Assembly (NCBI GenBank): GCA_038117265.1
Contig: JAYOFO010000004.1
Coordinates: 18,816 to 82,815, forward strand
Direction: 5' to 3'
Origin: Rhodospirillaceae bacterium
Lineage (GTDB): Bacteria > Pseudomonadota > Alphaproteobacteria > UBA6615
Length of the DNA: 64,000 bases
The notes under the pieces are model-generated. The model was not told where the DNA came from. It did not search any database and saw only the letters and a program-made list of their open reading frames with translations. Positions within the stretch are counted from its first letter, which is position 1. Every line of letters starts with the position of its first letter. The translations under genes were made by a program, and so were the position numbers. This document shows positions 18,552 through 27,704 of the stretch, piece after piece.

Positions 18552-19697
18552 CTAGCTCCAAAGCTGCCGCGACGCCATCTCGGCACCCTCGGTTATCGAG
18601 CGGAACTTCATCCAGACGATGTTCCGGTCGACCTGGACGCGCCCGGCGAAGGTGCCGAATCCGCAATCGCCGCCGACCATCACGTTCTCGCGGCCGACGA
18701 CGCTGGCGTAGTTCAGGATACGGTCGCAGACCAGCTCGGGATGCTCGACGAAGTTCGACGTGGTGTCGATGACGCCCGGAATGATGAACTTGTCGTCGCG
18801 CAGCTTCACGTCGCGCCAGACCTTCCACTCGTGCTCGTGGCGGGGATTCGCGCCGGGGAAGGAGACGGCCTGCGGCTTCGCGTCGAGGATGATGTCGACG
18901 ATGTCGGCCAGCGGCACGTCCTCGTGGTGCGGCCCCATGGTGCTCGCCCAGCAGACATGCATGCGCATCCGGTCCGCCGGGATGTCGCGGACGGCGTGGT
19001 TGAGTGCGTCGACATGCATCGCGATCTCCTTGCGGAAATCCTCGAGGCTCAAGTGCCGGAAGATCGTGTGCCGGCTGAGCGCGAGGTCGGGACAGTCGAG
19101 CTGCAGGACGAGACCGGCGTTCACGATGGCCTCGTATTCGCGCTTCATCACGTCGGCCAGCGCGAAGATGTAGGCCTCTTCGCTGTCGTAATAGAGGTTC
19201 GGCAGGAACCGCGCGATCTGCCCGGGCGACGGCGAGGTCATGAAGACTTCTTCGACCCCGGGACGGCCGATCACGCTGGCGGCCCGGTCGATGTCCGCCT
19301 GTGCGGACTCGAAATCCTTCCAGTCCACCGGGCCCGAGCAGGCGGGGCGGTGGGTCAGGGGGGTGACGAAGGGCGCCAGGATCCGGGCCAGTTCCGGGAA
19401 TTCCTCTTCTTCGGTACCGACGGGCTTCGGCTGGTTCGGGCCGTCGTAGCCGGTCAGCCGGTCCTTGACGTGGATCGTGTAGTCGGCGCGCCCCTGCTCG
19501 CCATCGTTCACGATATCGAGCCCGACATCGATCTGTTTGGCCACGACCTCGTCGACCGCACGGGTGACCGCGGCATTCAGCTCTGACTTGCGCGCACCGG
19601 GGTTCTTCTCGTCGTCCAGCAGCAGATCGACGACGTCGTGCGGGCGCGGAAGGCTGCCCGTGTGTGTGGTCAGGATGCAGTCTGTGCTTCGTTTCAT
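18552..19697 (-). CDS. Cobalamin-independent methionine synthase (MetE C-terminal domain)-like family protein
   Basis: 381 aa from MKRSTDCILTTHTGSLPRP with GGGGGGAA RBS; UroD/MetE-like barrel motifs (GVIDTTSNFVEHPELV, GGDCGFG). Confidence 0.6.
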   Translation of the reverse strand: MKRSTDCILTTHTGSLPRPHDVVDLLLDDEKNPGARKSELNAAVTRAVDEVVAKQIDVGLDIVNDGEQGRADYTIHVKDRLTGYDGPNQPKPVGTEEEEFPELARILAPFVTPLTHRPACSGPVDWKDFESAQADIDRAASVIGRPGVEEVFMTSPSPGQIARFLPNLYYDSEEAYIFALADVMKREYEAIVNAGLVLQLDCPDLALSRHTIFRHLSLEDFRKEIAMHVDALNHAVRDIPADRMRMHVCWASTMGPHHEDVPLADIVDIILDAKPQAVSFPGANPRHEHEWKVWRDVKLRDDKFIIPGVIDTTSNFVEHPELVCDRILNYASVVGRENVMVGGDCGFGTFAGRVQVDRNIVWMKFRSITEGAEMASRQLWS

Positions 19698-19769
19698 CGT
19701 TCCCCCCAAATGGCGTGCACGCTTGCCGGGCCGGAACGGTAGCATAGTGGCGTGAGAAAAAAGGGCCTT

Positions 19770-20483
19770 CTAGAGCGCGATCTTTCCGTTCGGCCGCATG
19801 AACTCCGACCGCGCGATGATGTCATGTGTCAGACGCAGATGTTCGCGGTAGAGCGCGAGCGCGACATCGACATCGCGTGCGATCGCGGCATTCATCAACG
19901 CCTCGTGTTCGTCCCGCTCGTTGCGGGTCGGATAGCTGATCGCCGCGGCTAGCTGCCGATACCTGTTGGACTGGTCGGCCAGCAATTCGCAGTAAGCGAG
20001 CATGCGTTGCGAGCCGCAATTCTCGATCAGCGCCATATGGAAGGCGCGGTGATGTCTTTCCCATTCCGGGTTGAATTCGTATGTCTCGCTGGATGCCGAG
20101 CGCGGCACGCGCGAGAGGTGGTGGAATGCAACCACCAGTGCGTCCTCCCATGCGCCGTCCGCATTGCGGATCGACTCGCGCAGCGCGATCTCCTCGATCC
20201 AGCAGCGGGTCTGTATCAGGTCGGCGAGATCGTCGGACCCGACGCCGGCAACATGGAAGCCTTTCTGATCCTCGAAGCAGACGAGGCTTTCCGCAACCAG
20301 GCGGTTGAGGGCTTCACGGACAGGGCTGATTCCTGCCTGGTAGCGCTCGCGCAGGTGGGCCGAGGGAAGCTTGACCCCTGGGGCAAGTTCGCCGCTAATG
20401 ATGTCCAGGCGCAAACGGTCATAGACCGACGTCGCGATCGTCTGACCGCGGGTGCGGGGTATCGTAACTTGTTTCGGCGACAT
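19770..20483 (-). CDS. GntR family transcriptional regulator (FadR/FCD type)
   Basis: 237 aa; N-terminal wHTH (SVYDRLRLDIISGELAPGVKLPSAHLRERYQAGISPVREAL) and C-terminal FCD domain. RBS GGGGAG. Confidence 0.75.
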   Translation of the reverse strand: MSPKQVTIPRTRGQTIATSVYDRLRLDIISGELAPGVKLPSAHLRERYQAGISPVREALNRLVAESLVCFEDQKGFHVAGVGSDDLADLIQTRCWIEEIALRESIRNADGAWEDALVVAFHHLSRVPRSASSETYEFNPEWERHHRAFHMALIENCGSQRMLAYCELLADQSNRYRQLAAAISYPTRNERDEHEALMNAAIARDVDVALALYREHLRLTHDIIARSEFMRPNGKIAL

Positions 20484-20675
20484 CGCCTGCTCCCCTTCGG
20501 GCCGGGCCGTTGGTTTCGTCCGGCCTCCAATTTCCAAATTCTGCACCAGTTTCTACTTTTTTGGAAATTTGTTGACTCGACCCTGCACGAGCCGGTTCTA
20601 TCCTTGTCGTGAACTGCGCCGTCCAAGAAGCGCGGCGCGCCGACATTCGGGTTCAACCAGGGAGAAGACAGGATC

Positions 20676-21767
20676 ATGAAGAAGCGCATGATGACCAGGC
20701 TCGCCGGCGTCGCTGCCGGTGCGCTGATCGCAGGTGCCAGTTTCGCGGGAAGCGCCTCGGCGGCCGAGACGATCAAGATGGCCGCGATCGACGGCTATTC
20801 GCCCAAGTCGCTGTGGGTGAAGGAGTTCATCGACTACTACATCCCCGAGATCGACAAGCGCCTCGCCGCCAAGGGCAATTACGAGATCGAATGGAATCAG
20901 GCCTGGGGCCAGATCGTGAAGGTGCGCGGCGTCCTCGGCGGCCTCCAGAAAGGTCTCGGCGACATCGGCGTCGTGACAACCGTGTTCCATGCCGACAAGG
21001 TGCCGCTGCAGCTCGTCGCCTATGCGACGCCGTTCGTCACCAACGATCCGAAGCTCGTCGCACAGACCGTCGACGCACTCGCTGACAAGCACGCGCAGTT
21101 CCCGGCGGCATTCACCAAGTTCAACCAAGTGTACCTGACGAACCTGGCGGTGCTCGACACCTACCAGATCTTCTCGAAGCAGCCGGTCCAGAAGCTTTCC
21201 GACATGAACGGCCTGAAGATCGGCAGCGCCGGCCTGAACCTGCGCTGGCTCGAGGGCTTCGGCGCCGCGGGCGTCGCGGGCAGCCTGGTGCACTACTACA
21301 ACAAGCTCAGCACGGGCGTCCTCGACGCGATCATGCTGTGGCCGGAGGCGGTCGTCGGCCGCAAGATGTACGAGGTCGCGCCCTACATGCTGAAGGCCGA
21401 TCTCGGCACCGCCAACTCCAAGGCGATCACGGTCAACGGCGACAAGTGGAAGAGCCTGCCCGAAGAGGTTCGGGTGGTGCTGCAGGAGGCCGCGATCGAC
21501 TACCGCGACCACATGGCGGATGAGGCGATCAAACTCGCCAACGCCAGCCTGAAGGCATTCGTCGACGGTGGCGGCAAGGTTCACAATCTGAGCCAGGCCG
21601 AGCGCCAACAGTGGGCGGACAAGATGCCGAACGTGGCTGCCGACTGGGTCGCAGCACGCGAGAAGGAAGGTGCGCCGGGCGGCGAGGTCATGAAGTCCTA
21701 CATGGACACCATGCGCGCTGCGAACCAGCCTATCCTGCGCCACTGGGACCGCGAAATCGGCTCGTAA
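20676..21767 (+). CDS. dctP: TRAP transporter substrate-binding protein (DctP family), paralog 2
   Basis: 363 aa; signal peptide; RBS AGGGAGAAG. Confidence 0.75.
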   Translation: MKKRMMTRLAGVAAGALIAGASFAGSASAAETIKMAAIDGYSPKSLWVKEFIDYYIPEIDKRLAAKGNYEIEWNQAWGQIVKVRGVLGGLQKGLGDIGVVTTVFHADKVPLQLVAYATPFVTNDPKLVAQTVDALADKHAQFPAAFTKFNQVYLTNLAVLDTYQIFSKQPVQKLSDMNGLKIGSAGLNLRWLEGFGAAGVAGSLVHYYNKLSTGVLDAIMLWPEAVVGRKMYEVAPYMLKADLGTANSKAITVNGDKWKSLPEEVRVVLQEAAIDYRDHMADEAIKLANASLKAFVDGGGKVHNLSQAERQQWADKMPNVAADWVAAREKEGAPGGEVMKSYMDTMRAANQPILRHWDREIGS

Positions 21768-21793
21768 CGCCCGGTCCGGGAAAGGCCCCGTAA

Positions 21794-22330
21794 ATGTCGG
21801 ACATGACCGAAGGGGCGCCGCCTGTTGGCGACGCCCCGCAGGACATTCTCGATCGCGTCCTGACCGTGATGAACACGATCGGGTCGTTGTGGATCTTCGC
21901 CCTGATGGTGATTATCGACACCGACGCGTTCAGCCGAACCCTGTTCACCCACCCGATCCACGGCGTGAACGAGATGGTCGAGATGTCCATTGTCGGCATC
22001 GTGTTCATGCAGCTCGGTGATGCGGTTCGTCGCGGGCGCCTGACGCGTTCGGACGGCTTCTACGGGATGGTTCTCCACCGCAGGCCGCGCATCGGTCATT
22101 CGATGGGCGCGGTCTTCGACCTGCTCGGCGTGGTGTTCCTCGTGATCGTGCTCTACGGCGCGATTCCCGAACTCTACGACGCGTGGCGGTTCGACTATTT
22201 CGTCGGTGAAGAGGGGCTCTTCACCGTCGCCGAATGGCCGATCAAGGCAATCATCGTGCTCGGCTGCACGGTGACCATGCTCCAGTTCCTGAAATTCGCG
22301 ATCCGGCATGTCCGGCCGCTCGTCCGGTGA
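21794..22330 (+). CDS. dctQ: TRAP transporter small permease (DctQ), second system
   Basis: 178 aa, 4 predicted TM helices. Confidence 0.7.
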   Translation: MSDMTEGAPPVGDAPQDILDRVLTVMNTIGSLWIFALMVIIDTDAFSRTLFTHPIHGVNEMVEMSIVGIVFMQLGDAVRRGRLTRSDGFYGMVLHRRPRIGHSMGAVFDLLGVVFLVIVLYGAIPELYDAWRFDYFVGEEGLFTVAEWPIKAIIVLGCTVTMLQFLKFAIRHVRPLVR

Positions 22331-22371
22331 CGGGCGGGCACGCGCACGAGGCAGAAGGGTAGTTCGCCGCC

Positions 22372-23706
22372 ATGGGGGGTATCGAGGTCGGAATCGCGTC
22401 GGTCGTCCTGATCGTCACTCTGATCTATCTCGGGCTCTACATTCCCGTGGCGCTCGGCCTGGTCTCGTTTCTCGGCGTCTGGGTCATCCGCGACAATGCG
22501 GTCATCGCCGTCGCGCTGCTGTCGGAATCCATCGCCGACACGGTCTCGGAACTGGTGTTCGCGTCGGTCCCGCTGTTCGCGCTCATGGGGCTCATCGTCA
22601 GCAAGGCAGGGCTGGGGCGCGACGTCTACGAGTTCGCGAACTTCATCTTCTTCCGCATTCGCGGCGGCCTCGGCATCGCGACCGTGGCCGCGAACGCGAT
22701 CTTCGCGTCGATCACCGGTTCGTCCATCGCTTCGGCGTCTGTGTTCACGCGCGTCGCGGTTCCGGAGATGCGCCGCTTCGGCTATCGGCCGCGCTTCACC
22801 GTCGGCGTGGTCGCAGGCTCCTCGGTCCTCGGCATGCTGATCCCGCCGAGTGCCATGCTGATCATCTATGCCATCGTCACCGAGCAATCGGTGGGTCGGA
22901 TGTTCATCGCGGGGATCATCCCGGGCATCCTGCTGTCGATCGCCTACGGCGTCCTGATCCTGTTCCTGGCCTATGCCTTCCCGCGCTTCGTGGGCGGCGA
23001 ACAGTCCGCCGACATCGCGGCCGAGGACTGGGCGCACCAGACCTGGTGGGATCTGATCAAGAAGATCATCCCCGTTGTGGTCCTCGTCCTCGTCGTGCTG
23101 GGCGGTATCTATGGCGGCGTGTTCACGCCGACGGAGGCGGGCGCCGCGGGCTCGCTGGCCGCGCTCGTCATCGCCGTGCTGCGCCGCAACTTCGGCCTGC
23201 GCGACCTGTGGGAGGTGCTGGTCGAGACCGGCTACATCACCGCGACGATCCTGTTCCTGATCATCTCCGCGTCGATGTACAGCCGTATGCTCGGCGTGGC
23301 GGCGTTGCCCACGGTGTTCGGCGAATGGCTGTCTGGCCTGGGGCTGACCCTGAACGAGCTGATGCTCGTCTACGTGGTGCTGATGGTGCTGCTGGGCACG
23401 ATCATCGAGACGGCCTCGATCATCCTGATCGTGGTGCCGCTGTTTCTGGTCGTCCTCGACAGTTTCGGGGTCGATCTCGTCTGGTTCGGGATCATCACCG
23501 TCGTCGGCGCTGAAATCGGCCTGCTGACGCCGCCGCTGGGAATTTCCTGCTTTGTCATCAAGAGCGCGATCAACGATCCGTCGATCCGGCTCGCCGATAT
23601 CTTCGCCGGTGCATTTCCCTTTGCGGTGATGATGTTCATCGTGCTGCTGATCCTGATCGCGTTCCCGCAACTCAGCCTCTACCTGCTCGAGGTCGGCTAC
23701 ATCTGA
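22372..23706 (+). CDS. dctM: TRAP transporter large permease (DctM), second system
   Basis: 444 aa DctM-family permease. Confidence 0.8.
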   Translation: MGGIEVGIASVVLIVTLIYLGLYIPVALGLVSFLGVWVIRDNAVIAVALLSESIADTVSELVFASVPLFALMGLIVSKAGLGRDVYEFANFIFFRIRGGLGIATVAANAIFASITGSSIASASVFTRVAVPEMRRFGYRPRFTVGVVAGSSVLGMLIPPSAMLIIYAIVTEQSVGRMFIAGIIPGILLSIAYGVLILFLAYAFPRFVGGEQSADIAAEDWAHQTWWDLIKKIIPVVVLVLVVLGGIYGGVFTPTEAGAAGSLAALVIAVLRRNFGLRDLWEVLVETGYITATILFLIISASMYSRMLGVAALPTVFGEWLSGLGLTLNELMLVYVVLMVLLGTIIETASIILIVVPLFLVVLDSFGVDLVWFGIITVVGAEIGLLTPPLGISCFVIKSAINDPSIRLADIFAGAFPFAVMMFIVLLILIAFPQLSLYLLEVGYI

Positions 23707-23731
23707 TCAGGTGCGGTCACCGCAAACGGAA

Positions 23732-23754
23732 GGGGCCGCCCGAAGGCGGCCCCG
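23732..23754. terminator. GC-rich hairpin between convergent dctM2 and dctP3; no clear U-run
   Basis: GGGGCCGCC-cgaa-GGCGGCCCC. Confidence 0.35.
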
Positions 23755-23781
23755 AAAGCATTGCTTTGCGATGTGGGGGTG

Positions 23782-24861
23782 CTACTCACGGTCCCAGTCG
23801 CGCAGCAGCGGCTGCTTGTTTTCGCGCATCGTGTCCATGTAGATCTTCAGGATCTCGGTGCCGGGCGCGCCCTGGCCGTTGATCCGCTCGGCCCATTCCT
23901 TGGCGAGCGGCGGCAACGCGGCCGCCCACTTCTTCCGGTCGGCATCGCTCAGGGTCGTTTCTTTGGTTCCGAACTCCTTGCGGCAGCGTTCCAGCATCGC
24001 CTTGGCGGCGCCCACGACCCGCTTTTCGTTTTCCACATGCCAGAGCTCGGCATTGTCGATGATCGCCTTGCGGACCTCGTCCGGCATGGCCTCGAGCGAG
24101 TCCAAGTTGACGTTCAGGATGTTCGACTGAATGGCACCCAGATCCGCATGCAGGATGTTGGGGGCCGGTTCGCACAGCTTGAACGCGCCGGCGGCCTGGG
24201 CCCACACAACCATGTTGTCGTAGATGCCGGTGTTCAGGCTGTTGTAGGCGTCGGCGAGGTTGGTCTGGACCCCGGCCGCGCCGACGGCCGTGACCCAGGG
24301 CAGGTTCGGGCCCGCCGCGCCGACCTTGCGACCGTTCAGGTCGGCCAGGCCGTTGATCGGCGTCTTCGAGACGATCAGGTAGTTGTCGACGGCGCCCGTC
24401 GGGTAAAGGCTCGTCTGGTTGAATTCCTTCCAGCGCGCCTGGTACTGCGGGAACTGTCCCTCGAGCTTCTTCGTCGTGCGCGAGACCAGGTCCATGTTCT
24501 TGGTCGTGAACGGCGTCTTGTAGGAGATCTCGTAGAGCGGGACCTTGTCGGCGTGGAACGCCGTCACGACCACGCCGATGTCGCCGAGCCCGGTCTCGAC
24601 GCCCTCGAGTTCGCCGCGCGGTTTCACCACCTGGCCCGAATGGGCCATGTTCCAGTTGATCTTGTAGTTGCCGGTTTTCGCGAGCTGCGCGTCGACGGCG
24701 GGCGCATATCCCTGGACGAAGGCGCCGATGGTGGTCGCCTGGATCGGGAACCCGCCGATGAAGGTCAGGTTGATCTGTTCCTGGGCCTTTGCACCGCCCA
24801 TGCTCAACATCGCGGCCGTGGCCAATGCGCTGGTTGCAAGAAGTGCCTTGCGTAAGGTCAT
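23782..24861 (-). CDS. dctP: TRAP transporter substrate-binding protein (DctP family), paralog 3, orphan
   Basis: 359 aa; signal peptide MTLRKALLATSALATAAMLSMGGAKA; roughly 45% identity by eye to paralog 2. RBS GGGGAGAAG. Confidence 0.75.
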   Translation of the reverse strand: MTLRKALLATSALATAAMLSMGGAKAQEQINLTFIGGFPIQATTIGAFVQGYAPAVDAQLAKTGNYKINWNMAHSGQVVKPRGELEGVETGLGDIGVVVTAFHADKVPLYEISYKTPFTTKNMDLVSRTTKKLEGQFPQYQARWKEFNQTSLYPTGAVDNYLIVSKTPINGLADLNGRKVGAAGPNLPWVTAVGAAGVQTNLADAYNSLNTGIYDNMVVWAQAAGAFKLCEPAPNILHADLGAIQSNILNVNLDSLEAMPDEVRKAIIDNAELWHVENEKRVVGAAKAMLERCRKEFGTKETTLSDADRKKWAAALPPLAKEWAERINGQGAPGTEILKIYMDTMRENKQPLLRDWDRE

Positions 24862-25068
24862 CCGAACTTCTCCCCTTTATTGGTTTCGGTGACGGACTGT
24901 ACGCACTCGTTTCTGTCGCCCGTGTGAAAGAGCGTAGCAGTCGGGCGGCACGCGACGGCAAGTAAATTTCGGGAGAGCGCGGAACAAGGCCTTGTCCGCT
25001 GTGGCCCCACTGGCCTTGGCGGGCCGGTTTGCACATAATCCGCCCAACGCGAATCCCCGGGGGAAGAG

Positions 25069-25950
25069 ATGCAGATTTTCAAGGACCGTATCCCGTATTC
25101 GGCCATCGTCGACCGGCCGCCGTTCAAGCTGCCGGACGGCAAGCGGATGGCCGTGTGGATCATCGCCAACGTCGAGGAGTGGGACATCTCCCGGCCGATG
25201 CCGCGCACGGTCTTGCCGCCGCCCATGGGGGTGCCCCTGTTGCCCGACTTGCCGAACTGGTCGTGGCACGAATACGGCATGCGTGTCGGCTTCTGGCGCA
25301 TCCGCGATGCGCTGCGCGACCGCGGCATCCGGGCGACCATGGCGGTCAACGGCCGGGTCTGCGAGAACTATCCGCGTATCTGCGAGGCGGCACTGGAACT
25401 CGATTGGGAGTTCATGGGCCACGGCCACTTACAGGGCCCGATGCACAGGCACGACGACCAGCAGGAGCAGATCGACAATGCCTGCCGGGCGATCGAAAAA
25501 TTCTCGGGCAAGAAGGTGCGCGGCTGGGAGAGCCCGGGCCTGACCGAGACCTTCCAGACCATCGACTTTCTGCGGCGTGCGGGGATCGAGTACGTCGCCG
25601 ACTGGGTGCTCGATGACCAGCCGGTCGCGATCGAGACGACCGAGGGACCGATGTACTCGGTTCCCTACACGGTCGAGACCAACGACATCACCATGATGGC
25701 GCTGCAGCAGCACTCTTCGGACGAGATGTTCAGGCGTTCGAAGGACCAGTTCGACCGGCTCTATCAGGAGAGCGCGGATTCGGCGCGCATCATGTCGATC
25801 AGCCTGCACATGTACCTGACCGGCGCGCCGCACCGGATCAAGTATTTCGAGGACATTCTCGACTATATCCAGAGCCACACAGACGTGGCGATCGTGCCGG
25901 GAGAGGACATCCTCGACTGGTGGCTCGCCAGCGAGCAGGCACCGAAGTAG
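25069..25950 (+). CDS. Polysaccharide deacetylase family protein (PuuE/allantoinase-like)
   Basis: 293 aa; NodB-like fold hallmarks (DxxxxEEW, HGH, LHMYLTG). Confidence 0.6.
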   Translation: MQIFKDRIPYSAIVDRPPFKLPDGKRMAVWIIANVEEWDISRPMPRTVLPPPMGVPLLPDLPNWSWHEYGMRVGFWRIRDALRDRGIRATMAVNGRVCENYPRICEAALELDWEFMGHGHLQGPMHRHDDQQEQIDNACRAIEKFSGKKVRGWESPGLTETFQTIDFLRRAGIEYVADWVLDDQPVAIETTEGPMYSVPYTVETNDITMMALQQHSSDEMFRRSKDQFDRLYQESADSARIMSISLHMYLTGAPHRIKYFEDILDYIQSHTDVAIVPGEDILDWWLASEQAPK

Positions 25951-25963
25951 GCGAGGTACTTCC

Positions 25964-26893
25964 TTGGCTTTGTTGATCACGCCGCCGGTCACCGGCTCGG
26001 TCGGGCACTGGCGCGATTGCGTCGCGGCCGAGATCGACGATATCGAAATCCGGACATGGCCCGATGTGGGCGATCCGGCCGACATCGAATATCTGATGAC
26101 AGGGTTCCTCGACCTGGCCGAACTGCCCGAGATGCCGAACCTGCGGTTGTTGTTCCCGATGTTCGCGGGGCTCGACCATCTGCTCGCGCACCCGAAACTG
26201 CCCGACGTGCCCATCGTGCGGGTCGGGCCACCCAACGGCGATCCGGCGATGACCGAGTACGCGGTCCTGCACGTGCTGCGACACCACCGCCAGATGCCCG
26301 ACTATCTGGCGCAGCAGTGCGAGAAGGTCTGGAAGGTGCGGCCACAGAAGCAGCCATCCGAGCAGCGGGTCGGTTTCATGGGGTTCGGCGTGCTGGCGCA
26401 GCCGCCGGCGCACACGCTCGCCGGGCTCGGCTTCGACGTCGCGGCCTGGACGCGCACGCCGCGCGCTGATGCCGACATCGCGATCTTCGCAGGCGCCGAG
26501 GCGCTCGGGGATTTCCTTGCGCGCACTGACATCCTGGTCTGCCTGCTGCCGCTGACGCCCGAGACGGACGGGATCCTGTGCGCCGAAAATTTCGCGCGGA
26601 TGCCGGAGGGGGCGGCGATCGTCAATCTCGGGCGCGGTGCGCATGTCGTCGATGCCGACCTGATCGCCGCGCTCGACACTGGCCGGCTCTCGGCCGCGAC
26701 CCTCGATGCGACCAAGCCCGAACCGTTACCCGAGACGAGCCCCTTGTGGGACCATCCGCGCGTCACGATCATGCCGCATACGGCGCGCAGGGTGCGTGCC
26801 GAGGGCGTGGCGCCACAGGTCGCAGAAGCAATACGCCGCGACCGGGCCGGCGAGCCGCAGGACCAGGTGGTGGACAAGGCAGCGGGATACTGA
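25964..26893 (+). CDS. D-isomer-specific 2-hydroxyacid dehydrogenase (glyoxylate/hydroxypyruvate reductase A-like)
   Basis: 309 aa; GFMGFGVLA NAD-binding, NLGRGAHVVDADL, TIMPHTA catalytic His. TTG start is assumed. Confidence 0.6.
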   Translation: MALLITPPVTGSVGHWRDCVAAEIDDIEIRTWPDVGDPADIEYLMTGFLDLAELPEMPNLRLLFPMFAGLDHLLAHPKLPDVPIVRVGPPNGDPAMTEYAVLHVLRHHRQMPDYLAQQCEKVWKVRPQKQPSEQRVGFMGFGVLAQPPAHTLAGLGFDVAAWTRTPRADADIAIFAGAEALGDFLARTDILVCLLPLTPETDGILCAENFARMPEGAAIVNLGRGAHVVDADLIAALDTGRLSAATLDATKPEPLPETSPLWDHPRVTIMPHTARRVRAEGVAPQVAEAIRRDRAGEPQDQVVDKAAGY

Positions 26894-26909
26894 CGAAGGG
26901 AGAACTCTC

Positions 26910-27704
26910 ATGGCCTTGAACGACAGCCAGGTGGCGCAGGCCGCCGACGCGCTATTCGAAGCGTTTCGTGGACGGACGACCATTCCGGCCATCCCCGAGG
27001 GGGCCGGCCCGGCCGACGCGGCCGAGGCGGTGCAGGTGCAGGCTGCGCTGCTCGATCGAATCGGGCTGGCGGCGGCGGGCTACAAGGCCGGCTTCACCAA
27101 TCCGCCGGCACTGGAGAAGGCGGGGGCCAATGGCCCCATGTCGGGCGTCATGTTCCGCGACTTCACCGTGGCCAGCGGCGGCACCCTGCAGCGCGCCGAT
27201 ATTGGCACCGGGGCGCTGATCGAGGCCGAGGTCGCCTTCCGGATGGGCCGGGATCTCGCCCCGAGGGACGGCGGTTACACCGACGCCGAAGTCCTCGACG
27301 CCGCCGACAGCGCGATCATCGCTATTGAGGTGGCGGTGCCGCGCCTCGACAACCCGTTGGGCCAGCCGATGGTACATCTGGCCGCCGACAACGGCGCGGC
27401 GATGGGCTTCGTCCATGGCCCCGACATTCCCGACTGGCGGAACCGCGACCTGAAGGCGCTGGCGATCCGGCTGGTGTTCGACGGCGAGACGGTGGCCGAG
27501 GGGTTGCCTCTCGAGGCGCGCTGTGACGAGGTCTGGTCGCTCGCCTGGACGGTCAACCACTTCACCGGCCGCGGCTACACGATCTGGGCGGGCGACTATA
27601 TCACCACGGGCGCGGCCGCCGCGCCGTCGGCGCTGGGCGAGACGCGCGAGGTGGCCGCCCGCTACGACGGGGTCGGCGAGGTCGGCTTCTCGATCGCGGG
27701 GTGA
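26910..27704 (+). CDS. 2-keto-4-pentenoate hydratase / 2-oxohept-3-enedioate hydratase family protein
   Basis: 264 aa; MhpD/HpcG-like. RBS GAAGGGAGAA. Confidence 0.55.
   Translation: MALNDSQVAQAADALFEAFRGRTTIPAIPEGAGPADAAEAVQVQAALLDRIGLAAAGYKAGFTNPPALEKAGANGPMSGVMFRDFTVASGGTLQRADIGTGALIEAEVAFRMGRDLAPRDGGYTDAEVLDAADSAIIAIEVAVPRLDNPLGQPMVHLAADNGAAMGFVHGPDIPDWRNRDLKALAIRLVFDGETVAEGLPLEARCDEVWSLAWTVNHFTGRGYTIWAGDYITTGAAAAPSALGETREVAARYDGVGEVGFSIAG

Noticed and set aside
17588-18586. Several overlapping 125-165 aa ORFs around the cytochrome c gene
   Set aside because: Only the frame containing the CxxCH motif with an N-terminal TM helix is biologically coherent. The others are GC-frame shadows.
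20216-21743. 186-aa and 381-aa minus ORFs over the GntR / dctP-2 region
   Set aside because: They are antisense to well-supported genes and low-complexity in composition.
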